Of a stretch of DNA of 64,000 nt, positions 19,370 through 28,268 are shown one piece after another. Position 1 is the stretch's first letter. Each line of letters starts with the position of its first letter. This DNA comes from a virus. Its lineage: Duplodnaviria > Caudoviricetes. The translations under genes were made by a program, and so were the position numbers. The DNA is taken from the IMG/VR virus record IMGVR_UViG_3300010352_001405, positions 1 to 64,000 of that record. The stretch is one strand, 5' to 3'. The notes beneath the pieces were generated by a model. The model searched no databases, had not been told where the DNA came from, and was given only the letters and a program-made list of their open reading frames with translations.

Positions 19370-20260
19370 CTTTGTTTGGAAAGTTTCTTCCGAAAGGAAG
19401 AGAAGAATAATGTGATGCGAGTCACAAAAGAGGATGGGTGTCACACCCACCTACCAATATCCAAATGGAAATTGGATCATCCAAAAAAGCATCGTCTTAT
19501 CGCATCCAAGTGCGATCTTCGCTTACCATGCGGAGATAAGATGGAAGAACGTTACTGGTTCTTTGGAAAGAATATATGGGGTAAGCCCCTACATAGAAAT
19601 GTGTTGGTAAGGAGCCTCATTAATTAGGGATTGACACCCCGACGCCAGTTGGTCAAACGTCCCATTATCCGATTAGATAAGATGTAGTTAGTCTGTTCAA
19701 ACACACCAAAGCAAGAGCTAACTAACAATTCCAAAGATGAAGGGTAATTCCGGAATCTTGAAGAATCACACAGTAGAGCTAGTAACTCGAAACGTATTGT
19801 GTGTGTCGTGTATTTTGTACCTCAAAAGGGTATGAATCACAAGAGTAGGCACCACACGGTGACATAGTAAATTTGCTTAATGGTAGAGCAATTCCATTTT
19901 AAGGAATAGGTTGTTGGTTCAAATCCATCATTTATTAACAGGAAAGACCTACTCAACGATAAACGGAAAGTCGTTTAATTCTCAACATCTTCGGATGAAT
20001 TGAGAGTCTGGAAAGCCCCAAGCTGGAAGGATTTGGTTGAAAAATGCACCTAATGGTTTAGCGACCATGTACTGTGGAAACACAGAGGGTAATTGGAAAG
20101 CCGAATATGTTTATCGGGAAAAGTTGAGTCTCCAACTATAAAAAGGCAACGTCGTCGATAGACCTCTTTTGAAGAGGTGGATAAGTTGGGAACCGCTGGC
20201 GGGAGTCGGTAGGATAATACAACAAAGGTATCGATATCAAGGATGTAATCTCAGTCCTTT
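19370..20260 (+). ncRNA. Large structured RNA, probably GOLLD-like (~890 nt)
   Basis: GC-elevated non-coding stretch with dense hairpins (GAAA/TTCG loops) inside a tRNA cluster; contains an embedded tRNA; ends gtaatctcagtcc; boundaries approximate. Confidence 0.6.
19865..19938 (+). tRNA. tRNA-Lys(TTT)-like element embedded in the large ncRNA
   Basis: tagtaaa/tttatta acceptor, gct-taatggtag-agc D arm, attcc-ATTTTAA-ggaat, GGTTCAAATCC. Confidence 0.65.
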
Positions 20261-20271
20261 TAAAAATAAAT

Positions 20272-20344
20272 GGGCTTTAGGTCAAACGGTTAAGATGTAT
20301 CCCTGTCACGGATCACGGAGCGAGTTCAACTCTCGTAAGGCCCG
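20272..20344 (+). tRNA. tRNA-Asp(GTC)
   Basis: gggcttt/aaggccc acceptor, atcc-CTGTCAC-ggat, gcgag-TTCAACT-ctcgt. Confidence 0.85.
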
Positions 20345-20396
20345 CTGTAGTTCTGGGTAATTTGAAATGTCAACCCCCATAGTTCATTGAAATAAT

Positions 20397-20712
20397 GGCT
20401 CGTTAGCTCAGTAGGTAGAGCAGCAGACTGTAAGTAATTGCAGCTTATATGAGTGATCATATTTGAAAAATCGGATGAACTCAGGGAAACCTTCACTCAT
20501 TAAAAATGGGTATGGTAATCCTGATCCAAGCTCAAAGAAGGTCAAATTATGTATTTGAGAAGGAGCAGAGACTAAAAGGTGAGAAAACCAATCAATAAAC
20601 CTTTACAAGCGTCCGACATCTTATAAAAAGATGATGATATAGTCCACCCTATAATGAAAATTATAGATAATGTGTAATCTGTTGGTCGTAGGTTCGACCC
20701 CTACACGAGCCG
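20397..20712 (+). tRNA. tRNA-Asn(GTT) split by a group I intron (exons 20397-20431 and 20675-20712)
   Basis: Joined exons give gcaga-CTGTTAA-tctgt and a full cloverleaf. Confidence 0.9.
20432..20674 (+). mobile_element. Group I intron (IC3-like) with no ORF
   Basis: 5' exon ends in U pairing with G of the IGS (ctgt/gcag); core elements gaactcagggaaacc, ggtaatcctgatccaag, gcagagact, gatatagtcc; terminal G. Confidence 0.9.
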
Positions 20713-20720
20713 CAAAAAGA

Positions 20721-20814
20721 GGGAAAGTAACGGCACTGGTCTGTAAAACCAACCTGCTCAACAAATCGTCGTAGTGGACTTAGCAGTAAGTGAGTTCGAA
20801 TCTCACCTTTCCCA
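20721..20814 (+). tRNA. Atypical D-arm-less tRNA-like RNA, anticodon GTA (Tyr), long variable arm
   Basis: gggaaag/ctttccc acceptor, tggt-CTGTAAA-acca, ctgct/agcag arm, gtgag-TTCGAAT-ctcac. Confidence 0.65.
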
Positions 20815-21074
20815 CAAAAATTATTAATAAAAAAGAATTATGAATTTTAAAGAAAGTGAATCTGGTAAGATTGTTGTGGATGCTTTAATCGAAAGTAAAA
20901 AAATAACAGAATTAAAAAATGAAAGAATAAAAGAATATGAAATGATTCCCAAATATTGCATTCTTTGCGGGAACATACTAAGTTAGAAAATATTACACAA
21001 AAAGTAATGAAAAAATTTTAATTGAAGTCACATCTTGGTATTCAAAAAATGGTATTCCAGAATTACCATTAGAT

Positions 21075-21653
21075 GTGATAACACAAAAAATTTTAGAATT
21101 GGTTCCAATTGACATGACTGAAGATATGATAGTTCCTAAATTTTCTACATTAACAGAAAAAAGTGAATTGGCTTTCAAATGTTCTTTTTTAGAAACAGTT
21201 TCACCTTATTATGAATATTCTGTGTGGGGGTGTGGATTTAGTAAAATAAAAAGATTAGGAACCATAGATGATTATAAATTAATGATAACAACATTAAATA
21301 AAATTCAGGATATTATTCCGGATTTTAAAGTATATTTCAAAACTTGTATTGAAACAATTGAAGAAATCATAAAAGAATGGGATAATAAATATTTTTGGAG
21401 TTATATATGTTGGACTGATCATGGTTATGCAATGCATGATGTTGATGGTTGGTTTACTAAATTTTATAGAAAATATAATGGAAAACCAAAAAGTGTAACA
21501 TCCTTTTCAAAACATATAACAAAAGTAGATTATTTACATGGTGACATAAATTATACGATGTATATGGGATTGTTAACTTCTTCATATGAAGATGGTTGTT
21601 ATGTTCCAGAATTTACAAAAATTATAACAAAACAAGAGAAAAAAGAAAAGTAA
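21075..21653 (+). CDS. DUF4419-like protein; true 5' end probably near 20840 and disrupted
   Basis: PKFSTLT...YYEY...CGFSKIKRLGTIDDY pattern. Confidence 0.5.
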   Translation: MITQKILELVPIDMTEDMIVPKFSTLTEKSELAFKCSFLETVSPYYEYSVWGCGFSKIKRLGTIDDYKLMITTLNKIQDIIPDFKVYFKTCIETIEEIIKEWDNKYFWSYICWTDHGYAMHDVDGWFTKFYRKYNGKPKSVTSFSKHITKVDYLHGDINYTMYMGLLTSSYEDGCYVPEFTKIITKQEKKEK

Positions 21654-21874
21654 TTGTAAGAGGATATATCGCACTAATCGTTATAAAAACGAAAGTGAGG
21701 AAACTCAGCCAACCGTTGCTTAAAAGTAGGAGATTAAAAATCGTTAATACTACTGAGGGTTAAACTCAAAAAGGTCTTACCATTCCGGTATAGTGGGTGA
21801 GCAACACGAAAAGACAAGGTAGAGGACAATAGACAAATGATATAATAAAACAGAAGGCCGGTTACGCTCAACAA
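21654..21874 (+). ncRNA. rnpB: Minimal RNase P RNA-like ribozyme
   Basis: GAGGAAACTCAGCC...AGACAAATGAT...AAACAGAAGGCCGGTTA conserved regions with covarying P4 (gcc/ggc); P2 tatatc/gatata; P3 cact..agtg; followed by a terminator. Confidence 0.7.
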
Positions 21875-21887
21875 CTACAAAGTTTCA

Positions 21888-21920
21888 AAAAATCTGACCA
21901 TTTTGATCAGGTTTTTTTAT
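21888..21920 (+). terminator. Intrinsic terminator
   Basis: aatctgacca-tttt-gatcaggtt hairpin plus T tract. Confidence 0.6.
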
Positions 21921-21941
21921 TAACAAAAAAAATAAAATATT

Positions 21942-22157
21942 ATGGGAGCTTTAGAAGAAAGAATCAAACAAGAAAATGAAATTTTGAGAAAAATTAAACG
22001 TGAAATCATCAAATGCGCAAAGAAAGGTGAATTACACTATTATTGGGAAATAACAGGGTTAAGTGATTCCACGGTTAAAAGTATAGTAAAGGAATTAGAA
22101 TCTGATGGAAAGTATGTTAATAGTAAAGGAATGAATTTTAAAATAGTGAGATGGTGA
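21942..22157 (+). CDS. Hypothetical protein
   Basis: ORF track. Confidence 0.55.
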   Translation: MGALEERIKQENEILRKIKREIIKCAKKGELHYYWEITGLSDSTVKSIVKELESDGKYVNSKGMNFKIVRW

Positions 22158-22202
22158 AAAATTGACTTTTTTTATTTAATATATATAAAGAAAATAAAAA
22201 AT

Positions 22203-22709
22203 ATGAGAGTTAGAAGCGGTTTTGTGAGTAATAGTAGTAATTCATCTTTCATAATAATATATCTTCCGGATAATTTTGATCCTGAAGTTTATATCGATTA
22301 TATTAATGAAAAAAATAAAAAAAAGACTTTTCCGAAATCAGTAGTAAATGATTTAAGACAATTAGTTAAGAAAGGACATGTAAATGAACAAAACGATTGT
22401 GAAGATTATTATGAATTATATGATGCTGTTTATAAATTGAATATATTTCAAGGAGAAACTAATGAAGAATGTGGGTATATTCAAGCCGTAAAGAAAAAAT
22501 ATTTTGAAAAGTTGAATAAAATTGATGCTGAATATAATACAGATAAGATGAAACAGGCGACATTAGAAATTAGAGAAAAAAGAGAAAAAATGAAATTGAA
22601 ATATAAACATATAGATCCCTATGGTGAAGAAGATTGGGAGGTAGAAGAATTAAAAATAAAAACATTATATGATTTTATGAACGAATCATTTGAAAAAAAA
22701 TCTAAATAA
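22203..22709 (+). CDS. Phage protein of the MKxRxGFVSNSSSSSF family, with DPYGEEDW tag
   Basis: MRVRSGFVSNSSNSSFII; HIDPYGEEDW; CTS-like IKTLYDFMNES near the C-terminus. Confidence 0.65.
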   Translation: MRVRSGFVSNSSNSSFIIIYLPDNFDPEVYIDYINEKNKKKTFPKSVVNDLRQLVKKGHVNEQNDCEDYYELYDAVYKLNIFQGETNEECGYIQAVKKKYFEKLNKIDAEYNTDKMKQATLEIREKREKMKLKYKHIDPYGEEDWEVEELKIKTLYDFMNESFEKKSK

Positions 22710-22765
22710 AACAAAAATTAAAAAAAAATATTAATATATAAATAAAAAAAATAATTAAAAAGAAT

Positions 22766-23242
22766 ATGACAAAATTAGAAAATCTTTTAAATTTCGATGA
22801 TTTCGAAAAAAATTGGAAATCAAAAGAACAAAAATCAACGAAAAGAACTGATGTCGGTGTTGATGTTTTGAACGAAAATTTATATATGAAGGTTATGGAT
22901 CAAGAAGCATCTGGTTGGAAAGGTAATCTTGAAAAATTTATAGCTAGCATTAAAAAGGCTATTGAAGAAAATCAAGTTAAGGATATTAAAATAACTGATA
23001 ATTCAGTGACTTTTAGTATTCGTGGACGTAAACATAAAATAAATAAAGAAAATGGATCCATTACACTGTGGAGAACAAAGGCCACAGCTTTCAGAAAAAC
23101 TACAACTGATGAAGCGGGTAGAGTAAGAGAGGAAAGAAAACGTCAAAAAACCAGAGAACAAGTTGAAGTCAATATTCCTATCAATAAAGCCGATGCTAAT
23201 CAGATTTATAATGATTTGAAAGAAAAAACCGATGACGAATAA
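22766..23242 (+). CDS. Hypothetical protein, CTS-like N-terminus
   Basis: LLNFDDFE...DVLNEN; downstream terminator at ~23306-23338. Confidence 0.6.
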   Translation: MTKLENLLNFDDFEKNWKSKEQKSTKRTDVGVDVLNENLYMKVMDQEASGWKGNLEKFIASIKKAIEENQVKDIKITDNSVTFSIRGRKHKINKENGSITLWRTKATAFRKTTTDEAGRVREERKRQKTREQVEVNIPINKADANQIYNDLKEKTDDE

Positions 23243-23376
23243 TAAGTCATTTATGTACATAATTTAAGATTTGGGTCCTCTCTCTAATGCGTCCATTTCT
23301 TTTTCACCGAATCATGAAATATTGATTCGGTTTTTTATTGTATAAACTTTTATATAATTTAATTATAAATGTGTGA

Positions 23377-24696
23377 ATGGAAATAAATAAAAAAATAACA
23401 AATTCTATTGATCAAATGATATCTGATGCTATGTTGGAGATTCAGTATTATGGTGAATTTTGTCAATTTATTAATTTTAAAAAATCAATTAGAATAAAAA
23501 CATGTGGGGTTACAGTCGACATTCAAGGAATGCGTTTTTATTATAATGATGAATTTGTAAATGGATTGGATCAAGAAGAAATGAATTTTATTATGTTACA
23601 TGAAATATTTCATCTTCTTTGGGATCATCAAACTAGGGAACGTCGATGTGGATATGATCATGATTTGAGTAACATGGTCCAAGATATGATAATAAATCAA
23701 GTTATCAATACAGATATTATTTTAAGAATGGAAGAATCAAATAAAAGAGAACATCGCAATTTATCTTTTGCTAAAATACCTGTTAATAAAGAATCAAATA
23801 AAATTTGGGTTCTTACAATGCCGAAAGAATATAAAGGTAAATTGATCTATGAAGACATGTATGAATGGATATTTGAAGAAAAGAAAAAATATGACGAATG
23901 GAAAAATAATTGTAAATGCGATAAAGATAAAAAATGTATATGTAATAGAGCCGATGGTAAAGAATCATGCGAGTGTGGAAATTGTCCAGTAAGCGATTAT
24001 CTAAGAAAATTATTTGACCAATTAGAATTAGGTATTTTAGATTTTTTAGATAGTCATTTGCCGTCAGATATGCCTGAAGATTTCAGAAAATCAATTATAG
24101 AAAATATTAAAAATAATTTAAGAAATAGAGGATTTGAAACAGCAGATATATTATCAACCATAGGTAAATTAACAAAGTCCAAAAAAGATTATATTAAAAG
24201 TATAAAAATCTGTATTAATGAATTATTTGGAATACATAAAGAAAAATCAATAACTAAAAAAAATAGAAGATCTATTAATGGTGTTAAAGGCAAAAAAAAA
24301 GGAGCCTTCGCATTATCTGTTATTTTAGATGTTTCTGGATCTATGGAATCTTATTTTGAAAAAGCTTTATCATATATTTTTCAAAATGATATAATTGTTC
24401 AACTTTTACAAATAGACACTGAAGTTAAATCGCATACCACTGTCAAAAATAAAAGAGAGATGCAAAAAATAAAAATATGTGGTTTAGGAGGCACAACAAT
24501 TTCACCAGCTATACAATATGTGGTAAATAATAAAAAATTAAAGAAATTAAATCTTTTAATTCTTACAGACGGTGAAACAGATATATTAGATTTTAGGGGG
24601 TTTAATAATAAATGTATGATTTTAAGCACTCATAAAAAATGTGAAACTATAAATATAAGTGGATGCAAAATTAAACAAATTGTGATTAAAGACTAA
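23377..24696 (+). CDS. DUF2201-type HExxH metallopeptidase-VWA protein (MoxR partner)
   Basis: LHEIFH; ILDVSGSM MIDAS; GLGGTTI; ILTDGE. Confidence 0.85.
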   Translation: MEINKKITNSIDQMISDAMLEIQYYGEFCQFINFKKSIRIKTCGVTVDIQGMRFYYNDEFVNGLDQEEMNFIMLHEIFHLLWDHQTRERRCGYDHDLSNMVQDMIINQVINTDIILRMEESNKREHRNLSFAKIPVNKESNKIWVLTMPKEYKGKLIYEDMYEWIFEEKKKYDEWKNNCKCDKDKKCICNRADGKESCECGNCPVSDYLRKLFDQLELGILDFLDSHLPSDMPEDFRKSIIENIKNNLRNRGFETADILSTIGKLTKSKKDYIKSIKICINELFGIHKEKSITKKNRRSINGVKGKKKGAFALSVILDVSGSMESYFEKALSYIFQNDIIVQLLQIDTEVKSHTTVKNKREMQKIKICGLGGTTISPAIQYVVNNKKLKKLNLLILTDGETDILDFRGFNNKCMILSTHKKCETINISGCKIKQIVIKD

Positions 24697-25501
24697 AATC
24701 ATTTTTTTTATTCTTTTTAGAATTAATATATCTTTTCGTAATACATAAATTTGAAATATCGCCTATATCAAATGGATCTAAATTATTCTCATAACCATAA
24801 AAAATACTTATTTTGTGATCTATTGTTGGATAATAACCGTCGCTCGGTTTTAAAAGAAAATTTTTTATTATATGTTCTTTATCATAAAAATCATAACCAT
24901 TCCACATTTCAAAAAGTTCCTTTTGATTTTTTCTAGTGATACTCCAAACTTTATTTTTATATTGATAAAAATCAGTTTGTTCATCGTAGGATCTTATGAA
25001 TCCACTTAATATTTTAGATTTTATTGAACTATCAATAGCTTTTTTATGAGTTTCTGGTAAAATAAAATTTACTTTTACTCCAAACCTTTCATACATTGTT
25101 TTTTCTCTCTTTTTCTTATTTTCTTCTAATTTTGAAGTATTATCGACTCCGTATTTTTCAATAAAATATTGTTTTAATTGTTCATATTTTTCTTTCGATT
25201 GAAGGGGATAATCAGAACCATATTTTATATTATTTGTTTTTTTAACTTTCTCTTTAGAACACAATTGACTACAAGCATAATAACCACCATTTAATATATT
25301 TTCATTATATTTTTGATAACTTATATTTTTAATTTTTCCACAAATATCACATTTTGTTTCAATTCTGTGGGTTGAGCATATTGGCAGATCTTCAATTTTA
25401 GCCAACAATTCTTTTTTATTTTTGACATCATATCCTTTTAATATATAATAATTTATATTTCTATTGGTTATTTTTACCATAACTTCTTTATTTATTATCA
25501 T
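24686..25501 (-). CDS. HNH-type free-standing endonuclease with zinc ribbon and KYGV repeats
   Basis: CDICGK, KYGVDN, PTIDHKIS...NLCITKRYINSKKN. Confidence 0.7.
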   Translation of the reverse strand: MIINKEVMVKITNRNINYYILKGYDVKNKKELLAKIEDLPICSTHRIETKCDICGKIKNISYQKYNENILNGGYYACSQLCSKEKVKKTNNIKYGSDYPLQSKEKYEQLKQYFIEKYGVDNTSKLEENKKKREKTMYERFGVKVNFILPETHKKAIDSSIKSKILSGFIRSYDEQTDFYQYKNKVWSITRKNQKELFEMWNGYDFYDKEHIIKNFLLKPSDGYYPTIDHKISIFYGYENNLDPFDIGDISNLCITKRYINSKKNKKNDFSL

Positions 25502-25640
25502 TTATATTTTTTATTTTTTCAAATTCTTTTTTAATTAAATTTTCAATCCACTCATTTAATTTCAACGTATTTTCTTTTGAATATTTTTTCAATTCTCTAT
25601 GGAGATTTTCATCTATTTTTAATGTTTTTGATTTTTTCAT
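25488..25640 (-). CDS. Small ribbon-helix-helix-like DNA-binding protein
   Basis: Manual translation MKKSKTLKIDENLHRELKKYSKENTLKLNEWIENLIKKEF; overlaps the endonuclease start. Confidence 0.6.
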   Translation of the reverse strand: MKKSKTLKIDENLHRELKKYSKENTLKLNEWIENLIKKEFEKIKNINDNK

Positions 25641-25697
25641 AAACTAAATTCTTTTTTTTATTATATATTAAATAAAAAAAGTGGAAAAAAGTAGAAA

Positions 25698-26123
25698 ATG
25701 GAAATAAATTATTTCGATTTTTTAAGAATGTATCCTGACATAATTATTGAAAATTTTGTTGATAAAATAGATTTCATCAATTATATTGAAATTTTACACA
25801 AAAAATGTATAGGAAAGAAACCTTTGATTAAAATTGATCAAAATAAATTATCAGAAATAGTATATAATGGAAAAACAAATAAAGATAATCTTGATATATT
25901 TAAAAATGAAATAAAAATAAATATATATGACGATACTATAATTATCATATTACATACAGATAAAAGAAGATTGTTCTATTTTAATGACTCAAATGAGAGA
26001 TTCGGTCAATTTTATATATCTGGTAGATTTAATTTATTTTTAGATTCAAAATTTTATTATCTAAATAATAATGAAATAAAAAATATAAAAAGAAGTTTAT
26101 TAATCGACAAATGCTTGATATAG
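25698..26123 (+). CDS. Hypothetical protein, paralog of 48596-48964
   Basis: INYFDFLRMYPD vs INYFKFLEQYPE; C-terminal KRSLLIDK. Confidence 0.6.
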   Translation: MEINYFDFLRMYPDIIIENFVDKIDFINYIEILHKKCIGKKPLIKIDQNKLSEIVYNGKTNKDNLDIFKNEIKINIYDDTIIIILHTDKRRLFYFNDSNERFGQFYISGRFNLFLDSKFYYLNNNEIKNIKRSLLIDKCLI

Positions 26124-26356
26124 ATGGTGATATATTTTATATTAATAATGATAATCTTTTACATAGAGAAGATGGTCCTTCTATTGAGTTCAAATCTGGA
26201 ATTAAATGGTGGTTAAAAAACGGAAGACTTAATAGAGATGACGGACCAGCAATTTTAAATAAAAAATATAAAGAATACTGGGTTAATGGACACAGGGCGA
26301 ATGAAGAAGAAATTAAAAATATAAAAAGAAATTATTGGATTAGAAAAATGATATGA
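26111..26356 (+). CDS. LHREDGPA-repeat protein
   Basis: LHREDGPSIE, LNRDDGPAI. Confidence 0.7.
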   Translation: MLDIDGDIFYINNDNLLHREDGPSIEFKSGIKWWLKNGRLNRDDGPAILNKKYKEYWVNGHRANEEEIKNIKRNYWIRKMI

Positions 26357-27555
26357 TAAGTGAAGAAAAATTAAATAAACTATCGGAAAGAGAAAGACTC
26401 TATATGGAGATATTATTGAGTGGAAATTCTCTTTATTTAAGAGGCAAACCTGGTATGGGGAAATCAGCTATAAGTTTATCTATTACTAAAAAAATCGGAA
26501 TTAAACATTTAGATAAAAGACTCAGTCAAATCGATGAAACAGATATTGGATTATATCCTGTGTTAAATGATGCTTATTCAAAATTAGAAAAAATTGGAAA
26601 ACTAAAAGATCTAGGATATTTGACAATCGAAGAATTCGAAAATATGAAAAAATCACTGCTGAAAAATATAAAAAATGGTCAAGTTGAATTATTACATTTT
26701 GCAATTCCAGACTGGGCTTTTAGTGCCAATGTAGAACCAACTTTAATACATCTAGAAGAACTAAATCGAGCTAATTTACATGTTAGAAACGCAGCACTTC
26801 AACTTCTCAATGAAAGACAGATAGGCGATTTAAAATTGAATGATAATGTTTATTTAATGTCATCTGGTAATCTTGGTGAAACCGATGGAACAGAGGTGGA
26901 TGAAATGGATTTAGCATTGAGCAATAGACTCGTCATACTAGATCACGACCTACCATATGAAGAATGGATTAGTGAATATGCTCAGTATCACGTATGGCAT
27001 GTAATAATAGATTATATTAGAACAAATGCTGGCGAATATTATAAAATGCCAAACGATAAAGAAATTAGATATGCTTCACCAAGAAGTTGGACAAATTTAT
27101 CAAAATTTATAACATATAAATTCGGTAAAAATCCTAAATTGGATGAAGTTATACCACTATTAATGAATCATGGATGCGGTAGAGGATTCATAGGCAATAG
27201 TATAACCAATTTCATAAGATATTGTCAAGATATATCAAACATAAATATAAACGATATTCTTATGAGATGGGAAGACGTAAAAGATGATGTTTCTAAATTT
27301 CATAGATCCAGAATTTCTGAATTGATAGGTAATTTAAAATATATGGATTTAACGAAATTAAAAAAGAATGAGATCGATAATTTATTGAATTTTTTAGATT
27401 CTCTTAGGGGAAATGGAAACGATGATGAATTGACTAGTTATATTATACATTTATTGGATAATACTGATATCGAGAAAAATTATGAAATTCATAAAGTAAT
27501 AATTAATAGATTTAAAGAAAAAGTTAAACAATTAGAAAAATACACGAAAATTTAA
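26353..27555 (+). CDS. MoxR-like AAA+ ATPase with internal SHOCT-like insertion
   Basis: GKPGMGKS, RLSQIDETD, LEELNRA, SSGN, ALSNRL, ASPRSW. Confidence 0.85.
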   Translation: MISEEKLNKLSERERLYMEILLSGNSLYLRGKPGMGKSAISLSITKKIGIKHLDKRLSQIDETDIGLYPVLNDAYSKLEKIGKLKDLGYLTIEEFENMKKSLLKNIKNGQVELLHFAIPDWAFSANVEPTLIHLEELNRANLHVRNAALQLLNERQIGDLKLNDNVYLMSSGNLGETDGTEVDEMDLALSNRLVILDHDLPYEEWISEYAQYHVWHVIIDYIRTNAGEYYKMPNDKEIRYASPRSWTNLSKFITYKFGKNPKLDEVIPLLMNHGCGRGFIGNSITNFIRYCQDISNININDILMRWEDVKDDVSKFHRSRISELIGNLKYMDLTKLKKNEIDNLLNFLDSLRGNGNDDELTSYIIHLLDNTDIEKNYEIHKVIINRFKEKVKQLEKYTKI

Positions 27556-27561
27556 ATATTC

Positions 27562-27957
27562 TTAATTCCAATCCTCTTCACCATAAGGATCTTCTAAAGT
27601 TATTATTTTTTTAGGCTTTAATGAGTCTATTAATTTTTTTTCTGATTCAGTTAAATTGGATAATATTTCTAGTTTATCACAACCATAAATATTAAAAATT
27701 TTTCCTTTTGTGCTTCTTAAAGCCAAGCGTATTGGTTGGTCTTGTTGAAGACTTATTAAAACTGACGCGACTTCAATGTTTTTTAATACTGTTTTATCAC
27801 ATACATGAATATTTATTGACTTTTTATATAATAATCTATCCAATATTCCCTTAGCTTTAACAATATCGTATTTATCATATAACTTATATACGTATATTAC
27901 ATTTTCACCATCTTCAATGTTTTCATTTAATTTATCATAAGTCAAAATATATTTCAT
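27562..27957 (-). CDS. Hypothetical protein with CTS-like N-terminus and C-terminal DPYGEEDW
   Basis: MKYILTYDKLNE...EDPYGEEDWN. Confidence 0.6.
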   Translation of the reverse strand: MKYILTYDKLNENIEDGENVIYVYKLYDKYDIVKAKGILDRLLYKKSINIHVCDKTVLKNIEVASVLISLQQDQPIRLALRSTKGKIFNIYGCDKLEILSNLTESEKKLIDSLKPKKIITLEDPYGEEDWN

Positions 27958-28069
27958 TTATTTATATATTATTTTTTTATTTCATAAACTTTTATTAATT
28001 TTGTATTTATAAAATAGAAAAAAATGACATTTTTATTATAATATATAAAAATACTAAAAAATAAAAATT

Positions 28070-28144
28070 ATGAACTTTCGAATAGAATATATGATACAAG
28101 AACAAATGCAACAGATCAAAAATCTGATTGGGTATGCTGTGTGA
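28070..28144 (+). CDS. Putative attenuator leader peptide 2 (MNFRIEYMIQEQMQQIKNLIGYAV)
   Basis: Same promoter context and CTGATTGG antiterminator strand as leader 1. Confidence 0.7.
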   Translation: MNFRIEYMIQEQMQQIKNLIGYAV

Positions 28145-28167
28145 TAACTATAAGATTGTTATAATAT

Positions 28168-28200
28168 AACCCCAATCAGAAATGACTGGGGTTTTTTGTT
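28168..28200 (+). terminator. Intrinsic terminator of attenuator 2
   Basis: aaccccaatcagaaatgactggggttttttg, identical to the copy at 19002. Confidence 0.85.
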
Positions 28201-28205
28201 TAAAT

Positions 28206-28268
28206 GCTCCCATCGTCTAAAGGTAGGACAAAAGCTTTTCATACTTTAAATGCGATTCGCTGGGAGTA
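28206..28268 (+). pseudogene. tRNA-Glu(TTC) with shortened T arm
   Basis: gctccca/tgggagt acceptor, Glu-type D arm, TTTTCAT loop; T arm reduced to gcg-att-cgc. Confidence 0.6.

Noticed and set aside
18958-20360. ORFs 18958-19155, 19100-19450, 19224-19415, 19376-19627 and 20169-20360
   Set aside because: They overlap tRNAs and structured RNA and are spurious
23268-23300. Short GC-richer stretch ttgggtcctctctctaatgcgtcca before a terminator
   Set aside because: No convincing structure or second copy
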